A stretch of 63,904 nucleotides of DNA from an uncultured Rickettsiales bacterium (lineage in GTDB: Bacteria; Pseudomonadota; Alphaproteobacteria; Rickettsiales; JABDBP01): positions 1 through 63,904 of the forward strand of contig CAYVHI010000001.1 of NCBI GenBank assembly GCA_964450945.1, in the 5' to 3' direction. How positions within the stretch are numbered: the stretch's first letter is position 1; each line of letters opens with the position of its first letter. The notes beneath the pieces were generated by a model. That model did no database searches. It saw only the letters and a program-made list of their open reading frames with translations, and was not told the DNA's origin. Shown piece by piece: positions 28,403 through 38,213 of the stretch. A program made the position numbers and the translations under genes.

Positions 28403-30523
28403 ATGGTTACTGAAGGAACCCAGGAAGAAAATACTCAGGAAGAATCTGCCCGGCCAGAAGCAGAAAAGGCAGCCTCGGAGCCTATTAATGAGAAGCAAGC
28501 CCATTCCGTCGGTAAAGAAAATCCATTAGCAAAGAATTTCTCCATTAATTTTGATCTTCCTATTTCTTCCCTCAGCAGCGAGTTTGCAAAAGCATACGAA
28601 GTAAAACATAAAGGAATTTTCAATAAGCCCGAACAGGAAGAAGTGGAATTATATGCCCTTGTCTTTGATAAAGGCTTCCCGGTCCGTACAAATATAATAA
28701 AGATGCTTGAAGAAAGGTTGTTTGAAGATAACGGGGTGCTGCCAAAGGTTCATGACTCAGGGCTTGTGCAGATACCCAAGATTGATTCAGAAAATTTCGG
28801 AATCATACTTGAAAAACCCAGAGGGAAAAGCCTGCGTCAGGTGTTTAAGGATACCCCGCCTGGAGAAAAAATTCTCACACAGAATATAATGATGCCTTTG
28901 CATGGCGCTCTTGGAATTTTAAGTGATGCCAACCTTATTCATGGCTCTATCAATATAGATAATATCTATTATGACAGCGGAAAAGAAAAACTTTATCTCG
29001 GCGAATGTTTCTCCGGCCCTTGTGGCTATAATCAGCCTATTGTATATGAATCAATATTACGTGCTACCTGCCATGAGTATGCAAAAGGTGTCTGCGATCC
29101 GCTTGCTGATTATTTTGCGTTAGGGGCCGTTGTCATATTCCTTGTTACCGGAAAATTACCTATGGAAGGTAAAAAGGATAAAGAAATCCTTGAAACACGT
29201 TTATTTAAAAATTCCTTCATTTCTTACAGCAGCAACATAAAACTCAGCGGGCCGATGGGTGAGCTTTTGCGCGGACTTCTTGCAGATAAGACTGATAGAA
29301 GGTGGAGTAAAGTCCAACTGGATAACTGGCTAAGGCACAAAACAAATCAAACTTCTTCCACGCCTGCAAAGGAAGCCATGCGCGGGTTCATATTCGGTGA
29401 TAAGGAATTTTTCAATTGCCGTTCCCTCGTATATGCCATGGATCATGACCATGACAGGATGAGAAACAATCTCAAAGTTGCCGATCTTGACAGATGGATA
29501 AAGCATAGCCTTCTAAACACAGAGATGGCAGCAAGGTTTGAAGATCTTCCTTTTAACAATAAGCTTTCTGAGACAGTACAACTGGATGATTTTGAGATAT
29601 CAAGGGTAATGATAGTGCTGGATCCGTATGGACCTATCCGCTTCAACGGTTATAGTATGAGTATTCATGGTATAGGGCCGTTGCTTGCATATGCCGTAAA
29701 AAATGATAAGCGTGAAATAATTACGGCAGTTGGGAATGTTTTTGCCCTTGGCCTTGTAAATTTCTGGGCAGATACAAGTGATGTACCAAAGGAAGAAGAA
29801 GACCCACGTTATCAATTCCTCCCATGGGACCCCAAGAAAGTAACAAAACTGGTTCGCAATTTCGGTATGGGTTTTGGTATTGAAAGGGCTTTATATGAAA
29901 CAAACCCAACACTCCCCTGCCTCAGCCCCATGCTTAATAAATTTTACATTACCGACCTTAAAGAGTTATTAGAAGCACTCGATAAAATTGCCGCCGAAAA
30001 TATGAACAAGGACCCGATAGACCGGCATATAGCTGCATTCATTGCATCGCGTATTGATATGCGTGATGATGTGAACATACGCACCATCGCAGAATTTGAG
30101 ATATCAAAGAGCCCTCAGGTAGTAATGCTTGCGCTCATGGTTGCTGCTCAAACCCAAAGCCGCGCAAAGAATTTAAAGCACCTTACCGAATGGGTGGCAG
30201 GCAGGCTAACCACAACCTTAAAAAAACTACACGGCAACACTATAAAGAAAGAAATGGAAAAAACCTTGAAGCGCCTCGCCAAGGAAGGCGACCTTTCGCT
30301 TCTTTTTAAACAAATTTCTAATCCTGATTATTTAAAGAAAGATAATTTTTCTTTTAAAGAGGCAAGCCGTTACTACCGCGAACTTACTGATAGGATAAAC
30401 CTGCTTTCACACCAGGAAAATACAGAGAAGCTTGCTTATCATTATGGTTTGCGGGTAGCAGTACTGATCGGCTATTTTGTCTGCACCACCGCACTTCTCT
30501 ACTTCATGGGAAAAATGTTCTAG
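28403..30523 (+). CDS. Protein-kinase-like domain protein, probable pseudokinase, with C-terminal TM
   Basis: HGSINIDNIYY, LGECFS, ADYFALG...LVTGKLP, P..RW-like region; catalytic residues degenerate. Confidence 0.7.
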   Translation: MVTEGTQEENTQEESARPEAEKAASEPINEKQAHSVGKENPLAKNFSINFDLPISSLSSEFAKAYEVKHKGIFNKPEQEEVELYALVFDKGFPVRTNIIKMLEERLFEDNGVLPKVHDSGLVQIPKIDSENFGIILEKPRGKSLRQVFKDTPPGEKILTQNIMMPLHGALGILSDANLIHGSINIDNIYYDSGKEKLYLGECFSGPCGYNQPIVYESILRATCHEYAKGVCDPLADYFALGAVVIFLVTGKLPMEGKKDKEILETRLFKNSFISYSSNIKLSGPMGELLRGLLADKTDRRWSKVQLDNWLRHKTNQTSSTPAKEAMRGFIFGDKEFFNCRSLVYAMDHDHDRMRNNLKVADLDRWIKHSLLNTEMAARFEDLPFNNKLSETVQLDDFEISRVMIVLDPYGPIRFNGYSMSIHGIGPLLAYAVKNDKREIITAVGNVFALGLVNFWADTSDVPKEEEDPRYQFLPWDPKKVTKLVRNFGMGFGIERALYETNPTLPCLSPMLNKFYITDLKELLEALDKIAAENMNKDPIDRHIAAFIASRIDMRDDVNIRTIAEFEISKSPQVVMLALMVAAQTQSRAKNLKHLTEWVAGRLTTTLKKLHGNTIKKEMEKTLKRLAKEGDLSLLFKQISNPDYLKKDNFSFKEASRYYRELTDRINLLSHQENTEKLAYHYGLRVAVLIGYFVCTTALLYFMGKMF

Positions 30524-30877
30524 TTAAATTTTTAATTGTATGGATTGTGCCGGCGGAACTGCAAACTCAGGATATTTGCTGAGTTTCTCTATTAACCTTT
30601 TGCTTATTACGATATAAGGCTCGCCAGTCTCCTTATCTTTTCCTATTTTAAAGCCGCTTGCACCAACCTTATCTTCTTTATTATTAGATCTCTGCCCGCC
30701 CTTTGCAACAAGAGTGTCTTCCAAACCTTTCATAAAATCTTTTGCATCTGGGTACATTCCAAATTTCATTGTATTTGGTCCAAGCTGTTCTGCGCTGGTG
30801 AAATGCGGATCTTTATTTCCCCTTATCATACTCATCACTAAAATATTTACATCTTCTTTAGCCATAATCTTCCCCAA
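30524..30877 (-). CDS. Hypothetical protein
   Basis: 117 aa ORF abutting the kinase stop. Confidence 0.55.
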   Translation of the reverse strand: MGKIMAKEDVNILVMSMIRGNKDPHFTSAEQLGPNTMKFGMYPDAKDFMKGLEDTLVAKGGQRSNNKEDKVGASGFKIGKDKETGEPYIVISKRLIEKLSKYPEFAVPPAQSIQLKI

Positions 30878-30968
30878 AAATTTACTATGAAGTTCTATAA
30901 TATAATATAAAAGTTAAAAAATTATTACTGAAAACACTTTTACATAACATACTGTAATATAAAAAGAT

Positions 30969-31547
30969 TTATCCAGGAGAATTCACGCCCTCCCCATCAC
31001 TGTCCCGCCCTTTGGAAAGCGAAATGACCGCAGTCCTTACTTCTTTCAGGTCTTTAACAAACATCGTAAATGAAGTGTAAGGTTCGCCAAAGGAGACAAT
31101 AGCGCCAAACTCCCCCATCTGCCTGTCATATTCTCTTCTGTTATTTTGCTGCATTACTGCTGCTGCATGATCAGTTATCGACTTTACCCCGGTTTCAACT
31201 ACACCTATATTTTCTAATGTAAAATATGCCTGGAGTTCTGTTGGATGATTCTGGTTATAAAGCAGGTTGCGCCAGCGATAGCCGCTCTCTGCCTCATGCC
31301 TGATTTTGAATCCGGCATCTAATGTGCCGGTTATGATTCTAACAAATCCTTCTAATATTCTTTCCAGTTCTTCCGGCCTTATCATTTCGGGGTGAGTAGA
31401 AAGAGGCCTATATGCATCAAGTAATCTTCCTGGCCCTTCATCGGCAATAAACATCGCCAGTTGATTGAAGGCATTGGTGCCATAAACATCAACATCCCTT
31501 ATCTGGCTGGCCTGGTTTCTTATTAATCTTTTTAATCTGTCATCCAT
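30969..31547 (-). CDS. Hypothetical protein
   Basis: 192 aa ORF downstream of dusB. Confidence 0.65.
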   Translation of the reverse strand: MDDRLKRLIRNQASQIRDVDVYGTNAFNQLAMFIADEGPGRLLDAYRPLSTHPEMIRPEELERILEGFVRIITGTLDAGFKIRHEAESGYRWRNLLYNQNHPTELQAYFTLENIGVVETGVKSITDHAAAVMQQNNRREYDRQMGEFGAIVSFGEPYTSFTMFVKDLKEVRTAVISLSKGRDSDGEGVNSPG

Positions 31548-31577
31548 AAGTCTATTCTAAACTTACTAGATTAAAAA

Positions 31578-32555
31578 TCAGTTAATGAATGATGAGAAAA
31601 ACACCCTTATCGATTCCCTTATCTGTTCTGCATCCGTCTTCTTATTTATATTATGCCTGAATTCAGCAGAACTCTTAAGGCCAGCAGAATACCAGCCGAT
31701 ATGTTTCCTGAAAATCCTAACCCCTGCATCGTTGCCATAAAGGTTTAAGGTTTCCTCAAAATGCTCAAGTATTATGGCAAGCTGCTCATTCATATCAGGA
31801 GCTATTGTTTTTTCACCGGTCTTCAAGTAATTCACCACTTCACGCAGGAACCATGGCTTTCCGTAAGCACCCCTTCCTATCATCACGCCATCCGCGCCAG
31901 ATTGCTCGAGTGCTGCTTTTGCTTTTTCTGAAGTTGTTATATCGCCGTTTACTACAACAGGAATCCCTACCGCATCCTTAACATTCCTAATAAAGCTCCA
32001 GTCTGCTGTTCCGTTATACATCTGGCATCTTGTGCGGCCGTGCACGGTTATCATTTTTATGCCCACATCTTCTGCTATTTTTGCAAGTTTCGGCGCATTT
32101 AAGTTTTTTTCATCCCAGCCTTTTCTCATCTTGAGCGTAACTGGGATTTTTACTGCCTTCACGGTTGCCTCAAGTATCTTGGCTGCCTTTTCTTCATCAC
32201 GCATCAATGCACTTCCAGCATGGCCATTTACGGCAACTTTTTTTACCGGGCAGCCGAAATTTATATCAATTATCTGCGCCCCCAAATCTTCATTGAGCTT
32301 TGCAGCTTCTGCCATTTCGGCAGGTTCACAGCCGGCAAGCTGCACAGACATTGGGAACTGTTCAACTTCAGCCCTTGCCTTCTGCATTGATTCACGGGTT
32401 TTCATTATCATTGCACGTGATGCAATCATTTCAGAAACCACGAGTCCTGCCCCATAGCGTTTTACTATCCGCCTGTAAGGCAGGTCGGTGACTCCCGACA
32501 TAGGTGCCAGGATAACATTATTTTCGAGCGCAATATTTCCAATTGTTATGGACAT
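31578..32555 (-). CDS. dusB: tRNA-dihydrouridine synthase B
   Basis: [37 protein letters not shown]. Confidence 0.96.
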   Translation of the reverse strand: MSITIGNIALENNVILAPMSGVTDLPYRRIVKRYGAGLVVSEMIASRAMIMKTRESMQKARAEVEQFPMSVQLAGCEPAEMAEAAKLNEDLGAQIIDINFGCPVKKVAVNGHAGSALMRDEEKAAKILEATVKAVKIPVTLKMRKGWDEKNLNAPKLAKIAEDVGIKMITVHGRTRCQMYNGTADWSFIRNVKDAVGIPVVVNGDITTSEKAKAALEQSGADGVMIGRGAYGKPWFLREVVNYLKTGEKTIAPDMNEQLAIILEHFEETLNLYGNDAGVRIFRKHIGWYSAGLKSSAEFRHNINKKTDAEQIRESIRVFFSSFIN

Positions 32556-32605
32556 TAAAAAATCTTCTACTATTTAGGAAATTCGGGGTATATAAACCAT
32601 AAACT

Positions 32606-33808
32606 ATGAGAAAAAGCAATAAAACTATAGCTCTGATAGTGGCTGCCGGCAAAGGGGAACGCACCGGTTTTGCCATCCCTAAGCAATATATAAAGATTGG
32701 CGGCAGTACATTGCTGCGCCGCTCTATCCTTGCTTTTGCCGAACATCCAGGGGTGGATCATGTAAGGGTTGTAATAAGAAAAGGTGATGAGGCTTTCTAT
32801 CAGGAATCGAAGGAAGGCATTAAGGTTCTAACACCCGTTTATGGAGGAAAAACCCGGCAGGAATCGGTTCGTCTTGGTCTGGAAAGCCTAAAAAACATGA
32901 ACCCGGTAAAAGTCCTTATACATGATGCCGCCAGGCCTTTCGTATCCGCAGAAATAATTGAAAACACTATTAGGGCGCTTGACAGTAACTCCGCCGTTAT
33001 CCCGGTAATTCCATTTAGTGATACCGTTAAAAAAATAGCTAAGGATGATGTTGCCGGCACCATAGAGAAATCATCACTTGCAGCCGCACAGACACCTCAA
33101 GGGTTTGATTATAAAACAATACTTGCAGCCCATAAAAAAGCGGAAAAGTTAAAATTAACTGATGATGCAGCAGTGGCGGAACATTCTGGCATAAAGGTTA
33201 AAACAGTCCGTGGCGCCAGTGATAATTTCAAGATTACAACGGAGGAGGATTTGGAAAGAGTAAGAAAAATTCATGATTCTGAAAAGATTATATGCACAGG
33301 GTTAGGCTTTGATGTACATGCCTTCAAGACGGCAAAATCAAAAAACCAAAGGATAAAACTGGGGGGCGTGGCTATCCCCTACCCGCGCGGTCTTGAGGGT
33401 CATTCGGATGCCGATGTCGTATTGCATGCAATAGTTGATGGCATACTTGGAGCGGTGGGTGAAGGTGATATAGGCGAACATTTTCCCCCAACAGACCCTA
33501 AATGGAGAAATGCCGATTCACTCATTTTCCTGCGCCATGCTCATAAGATAGCCAAAGATAAAAATGCTAAAATTCAGCATATTGATGTTGTAGTAATATG
33601 TGAAGAGCCGAAAATCACCCCGCATAAACAGGCTATGGCAAAAAATATCAGCAAGGTACTGGAAATTTCTGCAGGAATGGTTAATATCAAGGCAACTACA
33701 ACAGAAGGTTTAGGCTTTACCGGCAGAAAAGAAGGTATAGCTGCAAAAGCAATCGTTACGGTTGCAAGAGAGAGGTGTTATGTCAGAAACAGGCGCACAA
33801 AATTTTAG
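32606..33808 (+). CDS. ispDF: Bifunctional IspD/IspF
   Basis: AAGKGER....PKQY, IHDAARPF, QTPQGF, GLGFDVHAF, GHSDADV.LHA.VD, KATTTEGLGFTGR.EG. Confidence 0.97.
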   Translation: MRKSNKTIALIVAAGKGERTGFAIPKQYIKIGGSTLLRRSILAFAEHPGVDHVRVVIRKGDEAFYQESKEGIKVLTPVYGGKTRQESVRLGLESLKNMNPVKVLIHDAARPFVSAEIIENTIRALDSNSAVIPVIPFSDTVKKIAKDDVAGTIEKSSLAAAQTPQGFDYKTILAAHKKAEKLKLTDDAAVAEHSGIKVKTVRGASDNFKITTEEDLERVRKIHDSEKIICTGLGFDVHAFKTAKSKNQRIKLGGVAIPYPRGLEGHSDADVVLHAIVDGILGAVGEGDIGEHFPPTDPKWRNADSLIFLRHAHKIAKDKNAKIQHIDVVVICEEPKITPHKQAMAKNISKVLEISAGMVNIKATTTEGLGFTGRKEGIAAKAIVTVARERCYVRNRRTKF

Positions 33809-34385
33809 TTCCAAATCAGGCGATGGCCGCATAGCCACAACACTTGATAAGCTGATATGCACATTTTTTGGCATAGGTTCCATACCTTTTGCGCCAGGCA
33901 CATGGGGAACGGCCGCAGGCCTCGTACTCACCATAGTTCTGGTAGTAATTTCATATGCCATACTTGGCTCCGGCTTTGTTTTCTGGCCCATATTCATAGC
34001 ATTGCAGATAGCTCTCTTCATCGTTGCCAATAAATCCATCGAAAGATATATCGTAACCAATGGCAAGCATGACCCTAAGGAAATAGTAATAGATGAAGTG
34101 CTTGGAATTGCCGTTACCTTTACGGTCAGCAATCTAATCCTTCTTATCCTTACCAAGTTCAGCCTGTTTACCAACCAAGGTTATGGATCCCTTGCCACTT
34201 CACTGCATTATTATGTTGTGATGTTCCTGCTGTTCCGCCTTTTTGATATCTGGAAGCCTGGCATAATTGGCAAGTTGGATAAACATAATACCGGCTTTGG
34301 TATTCTGATGGATGATGTGGTTGCAGGCGTTTTTGCCGGCGTGGCTTCCCACATATTATACATAATCATCTATCTAGTTTTCTAA
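33780..34385 (+). CDS. pgpA: Phosphatidylglycerophosphatase A
   Basis: PFAPGTWGT, HDPKEIVIDEV.G, FRLFDIWKP, GILMDDVVAG. Confidence 0.94.
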   Translation: MSETGAQNFSSKSGDGRIATTLDKLICTFFGIGSIPFAPGTWGTAAGLVLTIVLVVISYAILGSGFVFWPIFIALQIALFIVANKSIERYIVTNGKHDPKEIVIDEVLGIAVTFTVSNLILLILTKFSLFTNQGYGSLATSLHYYVVMFLLFRLFDIWKPGIIGKLDKHNTGFGILMDDVVAGVFAGVASHILYIIIYLVF

Positions 34386-34862
34386 ATGAAAAGAGACCTC
34401 ATTACACTGGCTGGAAGGCTGGTTGTAAAATGCCGCAAAGGTGGCATCAAGGTTGTCGTTGCCGAATCATGCACGGGCGGCATGGTGGCAGCAGCAATAA
34501 CTTCTATTCCCGGCTCCTCAGATATTTTTGACCGCGCATTCATCACCTATTCAAATGAAGCTAAAACCGAGATGCTTGGCGTTCCGGCATCATTGATAAA
34601 AAAGCATGGGGCAGTAAGTGCCGAGGTAGCAAAAGCAATGGCCTCGGGTGCACTTAAAAATTCACATGCTGATAGAGCTGTCTCGATAACCGGGATAGCA
34701 GGGCCCGGCGGCGGTACAAAAATAAAACCCGTGGGTCTTGTTTATATAGGGATCGCAAAAAAGAAAGGAGCCGCAAAAGTCTATGAATATAACTTCTCCG
34801 GCTCCCGTGATATGGTTAGGTCTCAAGCAGTAAAATCTGCTTTTGAAATGTTATTTAGATAA
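34386..34862 (+). CDS. cinA: CinA-family (PncC-like) protein
   Basis: AESCTGG, PGSS..F....TYSN.AK, HGAVS.EVA.AMA, SITGIAGPGG. Confidence 0.93.
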   Translation: MKRDLITLAGRLVVKCRKGGIKVVVAESCTGGMVAAAITSIPGSSDIFDRAFITYSNEAKTEMLGVPASLIKKHGAVSAEVAKAMASGALKNSHADRAVSITGIAGPGGGTKIKPVGLVYIGIAKKKGAAKVYEYNFSGSRDMVRSQAVKSAFEMLFR

Positions 34863-35621
34863 TCCTTTTACTAACCCTCGAATAAGTTCTGGACTGGTTA
34901 CCTCAATAGTCAGGTGATTGCCAAAATGCACATCATACCTTCTTAATTCATAAGAATCGGCTGGAATTTTAAGTCTTTTAAAAGTCTCGGCAACTCTACC
35001 TCTTAACTCATCTTCCGGCGTCCCATTAATTGGAATAGTATTTGGATAATCACCGCTCCTTCTTGTTTGCGGGCCATTGGCTTCAATGCCATCAGCACGT
35101 AATTCTCTCACCATAAAATCTATTATGCCAGGCAGTAATTCTTCATTTCTTTTTCTGGTGTTCTCTGCATCTGCTAGCCTTACCTCCTCTATGGTTCTAA
35201 GAGCATCACCTTTTACAATCAATGTTGCGGTTACATCATCACCGTTTACTTCAAAAGAGAGACTCTTCGCATCCCTTGATCTTGGTAGCCCAGGATACCT
35301 GCTGTATTCATCAGCAAGAACCGTCTCTCCCAATATATTTTCTACCATATGCAATGTGCCTATGGTTCCTGAATCAATCGCGTTTCTTGGATAACCAACT
35401 CTTCTTGTTCTAAATATTTCTTCAAGTTCAGCGTTATCATATTGCTTCTGATTATCATTTTTCTGCATATTATCTTTAAATCTTTCTTTTGCAGCAGTAT
35501 CAATCTTAAGGCCTTTTATTTCACACATAAGGTCGCCATTGTCTGTCGTAGAGAAAATTACCTCCTTTCTTGATAACTGACCGTTTAATAATTCAGCTAC
35601 TGCTTTTGCATTCATTGTCAT
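34851..35621 (-). CDS. Hypothetical protein
   Basis: 256 aa ORF with RBS aagggag upstream. Confidence 0.7.
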   Translation of the reverse strand: MTMNAKAVAELLNGQLSRKEVIFSTTDNGDLMCEIKGLKIDTAAKERFKDNMQKNDNQKQYDNAELEEIFRTRRVGYPRNAIDSGTIGTLHMVENILGETVLADEYSRYPGLPRSRDAKSLSFEVNGDDVTATLIVKGDALRTIEEVRLADAENTRKRNEELLPGIIDFMVRELRADGIEANGPQTRRSGDYPNTIPINGTPEDELRGRVAETFKRLKIPADSYELRRYDVHFGNHLTIEVTSPELIRGLVKGLSK

Positions 35622-35885
35622 AAAAACTCCCTTTCCGAATATAAAAAATTTATGGAAGGGTTATAACAAATGAATGTTAAAGTTATATGAAACCGGTATT
35701 AAAGTTTTGTTAAACGTAAGGGTTTTAGTGTTGTTGCACCCTGGTGGTGGTGTATAAGAAATCTACATATAGAAAAAACTTTGTAAAACTATCAATATAT
35801 AGTATTATATCTATCCGGTTGATATCTTTAGAATTTATTAACCTTTGGGTTGTAGAATATCAGCTGAAAAGGGAGAGTATTACTT

Positions 35886-37139
35886 ATGATCAGCCATTAT
35901 TTAGATAGCAGCCATTTATATAACCTGATGGAGATGCAGAGGGCTGCAATTTCTCCTTTCAATGTCTTTGCCGATGTTGCAAAACATTTCCATTCAAACC
36001 CCCTAAATCCGTTTTCAAATACAGATGCTGGCCGTTCTGCTGCGGCTGCTTTTGAATTGTTCGAGCGCGTCACCCGCCATTACGGAGAACCTGATTGGGG
36101 AATTAATCATACGAAAATTGAGGGTAAGAACGTTAAGGTAAAAATCAAGAAAGTTCGTTCAAAAACATTCTGCCACCTTATGCATTTCCAGAAAGAATCG
36201 CATAAAAGGATGCCAAAACTTCTGATAGTCGCACCGATGTCAGGCCATTATGCCACACTGCTCCGCGGCACTGTTGAAGCAACCCTGCCGTTCTATGACG
36301 TATATATTACCGACTGGCAGAACCCGCGTGATATCCCTTTATCAAAGGGTCCTTTCGATCTTGATGATTATATAGATTACGTTATTGATTTCCTCGAATT
36401 CTTAGGTCCGAAAGTGCATGTCATGGCGGTATGCCAACCCTCTGTTCCAGTTATGGCCGCAGTTTCAATAATGTCTGCCGAAAATAATCCTAAGGTTCCG
36501 CTTTCAATGACGCTTATCGGCGGTCCTATTGATACTCGCATCAATCCAACTCAGCTAAATGATGCTGCTGTTCACAAGCCATTCTCATGGTTCAAAAAGC
36601 ATGTGATAACCCGCGTGCCATTCAATTACCAGGGCTTCATGCGTGAAGTGTATCCCGGTTTCATCCAGCTAACCAGTTTTATGTCTATGAATATGGATAA
36701 ACACGTGGAAGAACATACAAAATTCTTCAATCATCTGATCGAAGGTGACGGAGACAGCGCTGCTGCACACCGCAAATTCTACAATGAATATCTTTCAGTT
36801 ATGGATCTTCCTGCGGAATTCTATCTGCAGACATTGCAGGTTGTATTCAAGGAACACGCCCTGCCAAAAGGCACGTGGGTGTCTAGAGGCAGAAAAATTG
36901 ACCCGACAAAAATCAAGAAGACAGCACTTATGTGCGTTGAGGGCGAGCTTGATGACATCTCCGGCACCGGTCAGACTAAGGCTGCCATTAAACTTTGCAA
37001 GGGCCTGCCTGATAAGAAGAAAAAATATCATTTCCAGAAAGCTGTCGGCCACTATGGTTCTTTCAACGGCCGTAAGTTCCGCGAAAAAATCCTGCCTGAG
37101 ATAGTGGCATTCACCTCAAAACAGGATAAGGCAAAATAA
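35886..37139 (+). CDS. phaZ: Intracellular polyhydroxyalkanoate depolymerase
   Basis: LIVAPMSGHYATLLRGTV, DVYITDW, MAVCQPSVP, GGPIDTR, VGHYG.FNG. Confidence 0.95.
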   Translation: MISHYLDSSHLYNLMEMQRAAISPFNVFADVAKHFHSNPLNPFSNTDAGRSAAAAFELFERVTRHYGEPDWGINHTKIEGKNVKVKIKKVRSKTFCHLMHFQKESHKRMPKLLIVAPMSGHYATLLRGTVEATLPFYDVYITDWQNPRDIPLSKGPFDLDDYIDYVIDFLEFLGPKVHVMAVCQPSVPVMAAVSIMSAENNPKVPLSMTLIGGPIDTRINPTQLNDAAVHKPFSWFKKHVITRVPFNYQGFMREVYPGFIQLTSFMSMNMDKHVEEHTKFFNHLIEGDGDSAAAHRKFYNEYLSVMDLPAEFYLQTLQVVFKEHALPKGTWVSRGRKIDPTKIKKTALMCVEGELDDISGTGQTKAAIKLCKGLPDKKKKYHFQKAVGHYGSFNGRKFREKILPEIVAFTSKQDKAK

Positions 37140-37154
37140 CATTCTCCTTATAAA

Positions 37155-37958
37155 ATGTTAACATTCATAGACTCAAATCCCGTTCCAATAGAGAAGGTTT
37201 ATGAGCAGTGGAAGAAGTTTGGCCCCGATATACCGGCAGATAAATTTGTAAAACAGTTCGGCAGGGGAATTACAGGGCTTAAAAGGGAAGTTGATATATT
37301 TTCCTTTATAACAAAAGATAGAAATTTTCCCATCATGCTTGCTTTCAGAAAAATGGCTATTGATGGAACTGTTGAAGAAACATGTTCCCTTGAAATTACT
37401 GCATCTAAAGAAAAATTTTTTTTCCGGATTGACCTAGATGAGGGTAGACAGAACCGTGGCTTCGGAAAGGTTGTTCTCGCCAACATGGTGGGTTTTAACA
37501 AAATTTCCACAACCATAAAGAGGATTGAAATATATGCAGGTGGATTGATTGGTGGCGCCGTGTGGCCGATGATGGGTGCAATGCTGGAGCCAGAATCAGC
37601 CCCTATGCTCCAGAATACAATTAAAAATAGATTACAAAAATCCAAATCAGAAATAAAAAAGGTTCGGGGAGGAGAAGGCGCAATAAAGATTATTGAATCC
37701 TTTATAGCCGAACCTACAACAGAAGGTTTGTGGGCTATTATTGATTCACCCTTAAAGATAAAGCCAAAAGAAATACCCAAAGGTGTCACACCTGATGAGA
37801 ATGGCGAAATATCACTAGGGATGTTAATGTTTGCCGGCACGCTATATAGCGCCTATTTTGACCTTGATCCAAAATCTCAATCTATGACAAGGTTTAATGA
37901 ACATGTTTTGCCTAAACTTAGGGAGCTTGCTGCGAAAGAAACTTTCTGGAGAAAATAA
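37155..37958 (+). CDS. Hypothetical protein, possible GNAT-like fold
   Basis: FRIDLDEGRQNRGFGK resembles GNAT motif A (Q-x-R-G-x-G). Confidence 0.55.
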   Translation: MLTFIDSNPVPIEKVYEQWKKFGPDIPADKFVKQFGRGITGLKREVDIFSFITKDRNFPIMLAFRKMAIDGTVEETCSLEITASKEKFFFRIDLDEGRQNRGFGKVVLANMVGFNKISTTIKRIEIYAGGLIGGAVWPMMGAMLEPESAPMLQNTIKNRLQKSKSEIKKVRGGEGAIKIIESFIAEPTTEGLWAIIDSPLKIKPKEIPKGVTPDENGEISLGMLMFAGTLYSAYFDLDPKSQSMTRFNEHVLPKLRELAAKETFWRK

Positions 37959-37959
37959 T

Positions 37960-38139
37960 ATGCAAAATAAAGATATGAACTCACTGGAAGAATACTTCTT
38001 AAAAGAATTCGAGGAAAAAGAATCAAAAGGTAAGAATGCTTATTATAATTCCAAGATGATATCTGTCGCCTATGCAAGAAAACTTGGCATACCGGATGAT
38101 GAAATAGAGATAATTTATAATATAAAATTAAAACCTTAA
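37960..38139 (+). CDS. Small hypothetical protein (59 aa)
   Basis: ATG 1 nt after the upstream stop, suggesting coupling. Confidence 0.5.
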   Translation: MQNKDMNSLEEYFLKEFEEKESKGKNAYYNSKMISVAYARKLGIPDDEIEIIYNIKLKP

Positions 38140-38213
38140 AGACCGTATAAATTAAATAGGTTTTCGCGCTATTATTCCGTTGTAAAAACGAAGTTAGGCT
38201 ATATTGTTCTCCT

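Noticed and set aside
37199-37840. Long antisense ORFs in the track (also 8284..8808, 20127..20681, 37877..38539, 43017..43574, 17584..18033)
   Set aside because: They overlap well-supported genes on the other strand or frame and lack RBSs or protein-like features; treated as shadow ORFs.
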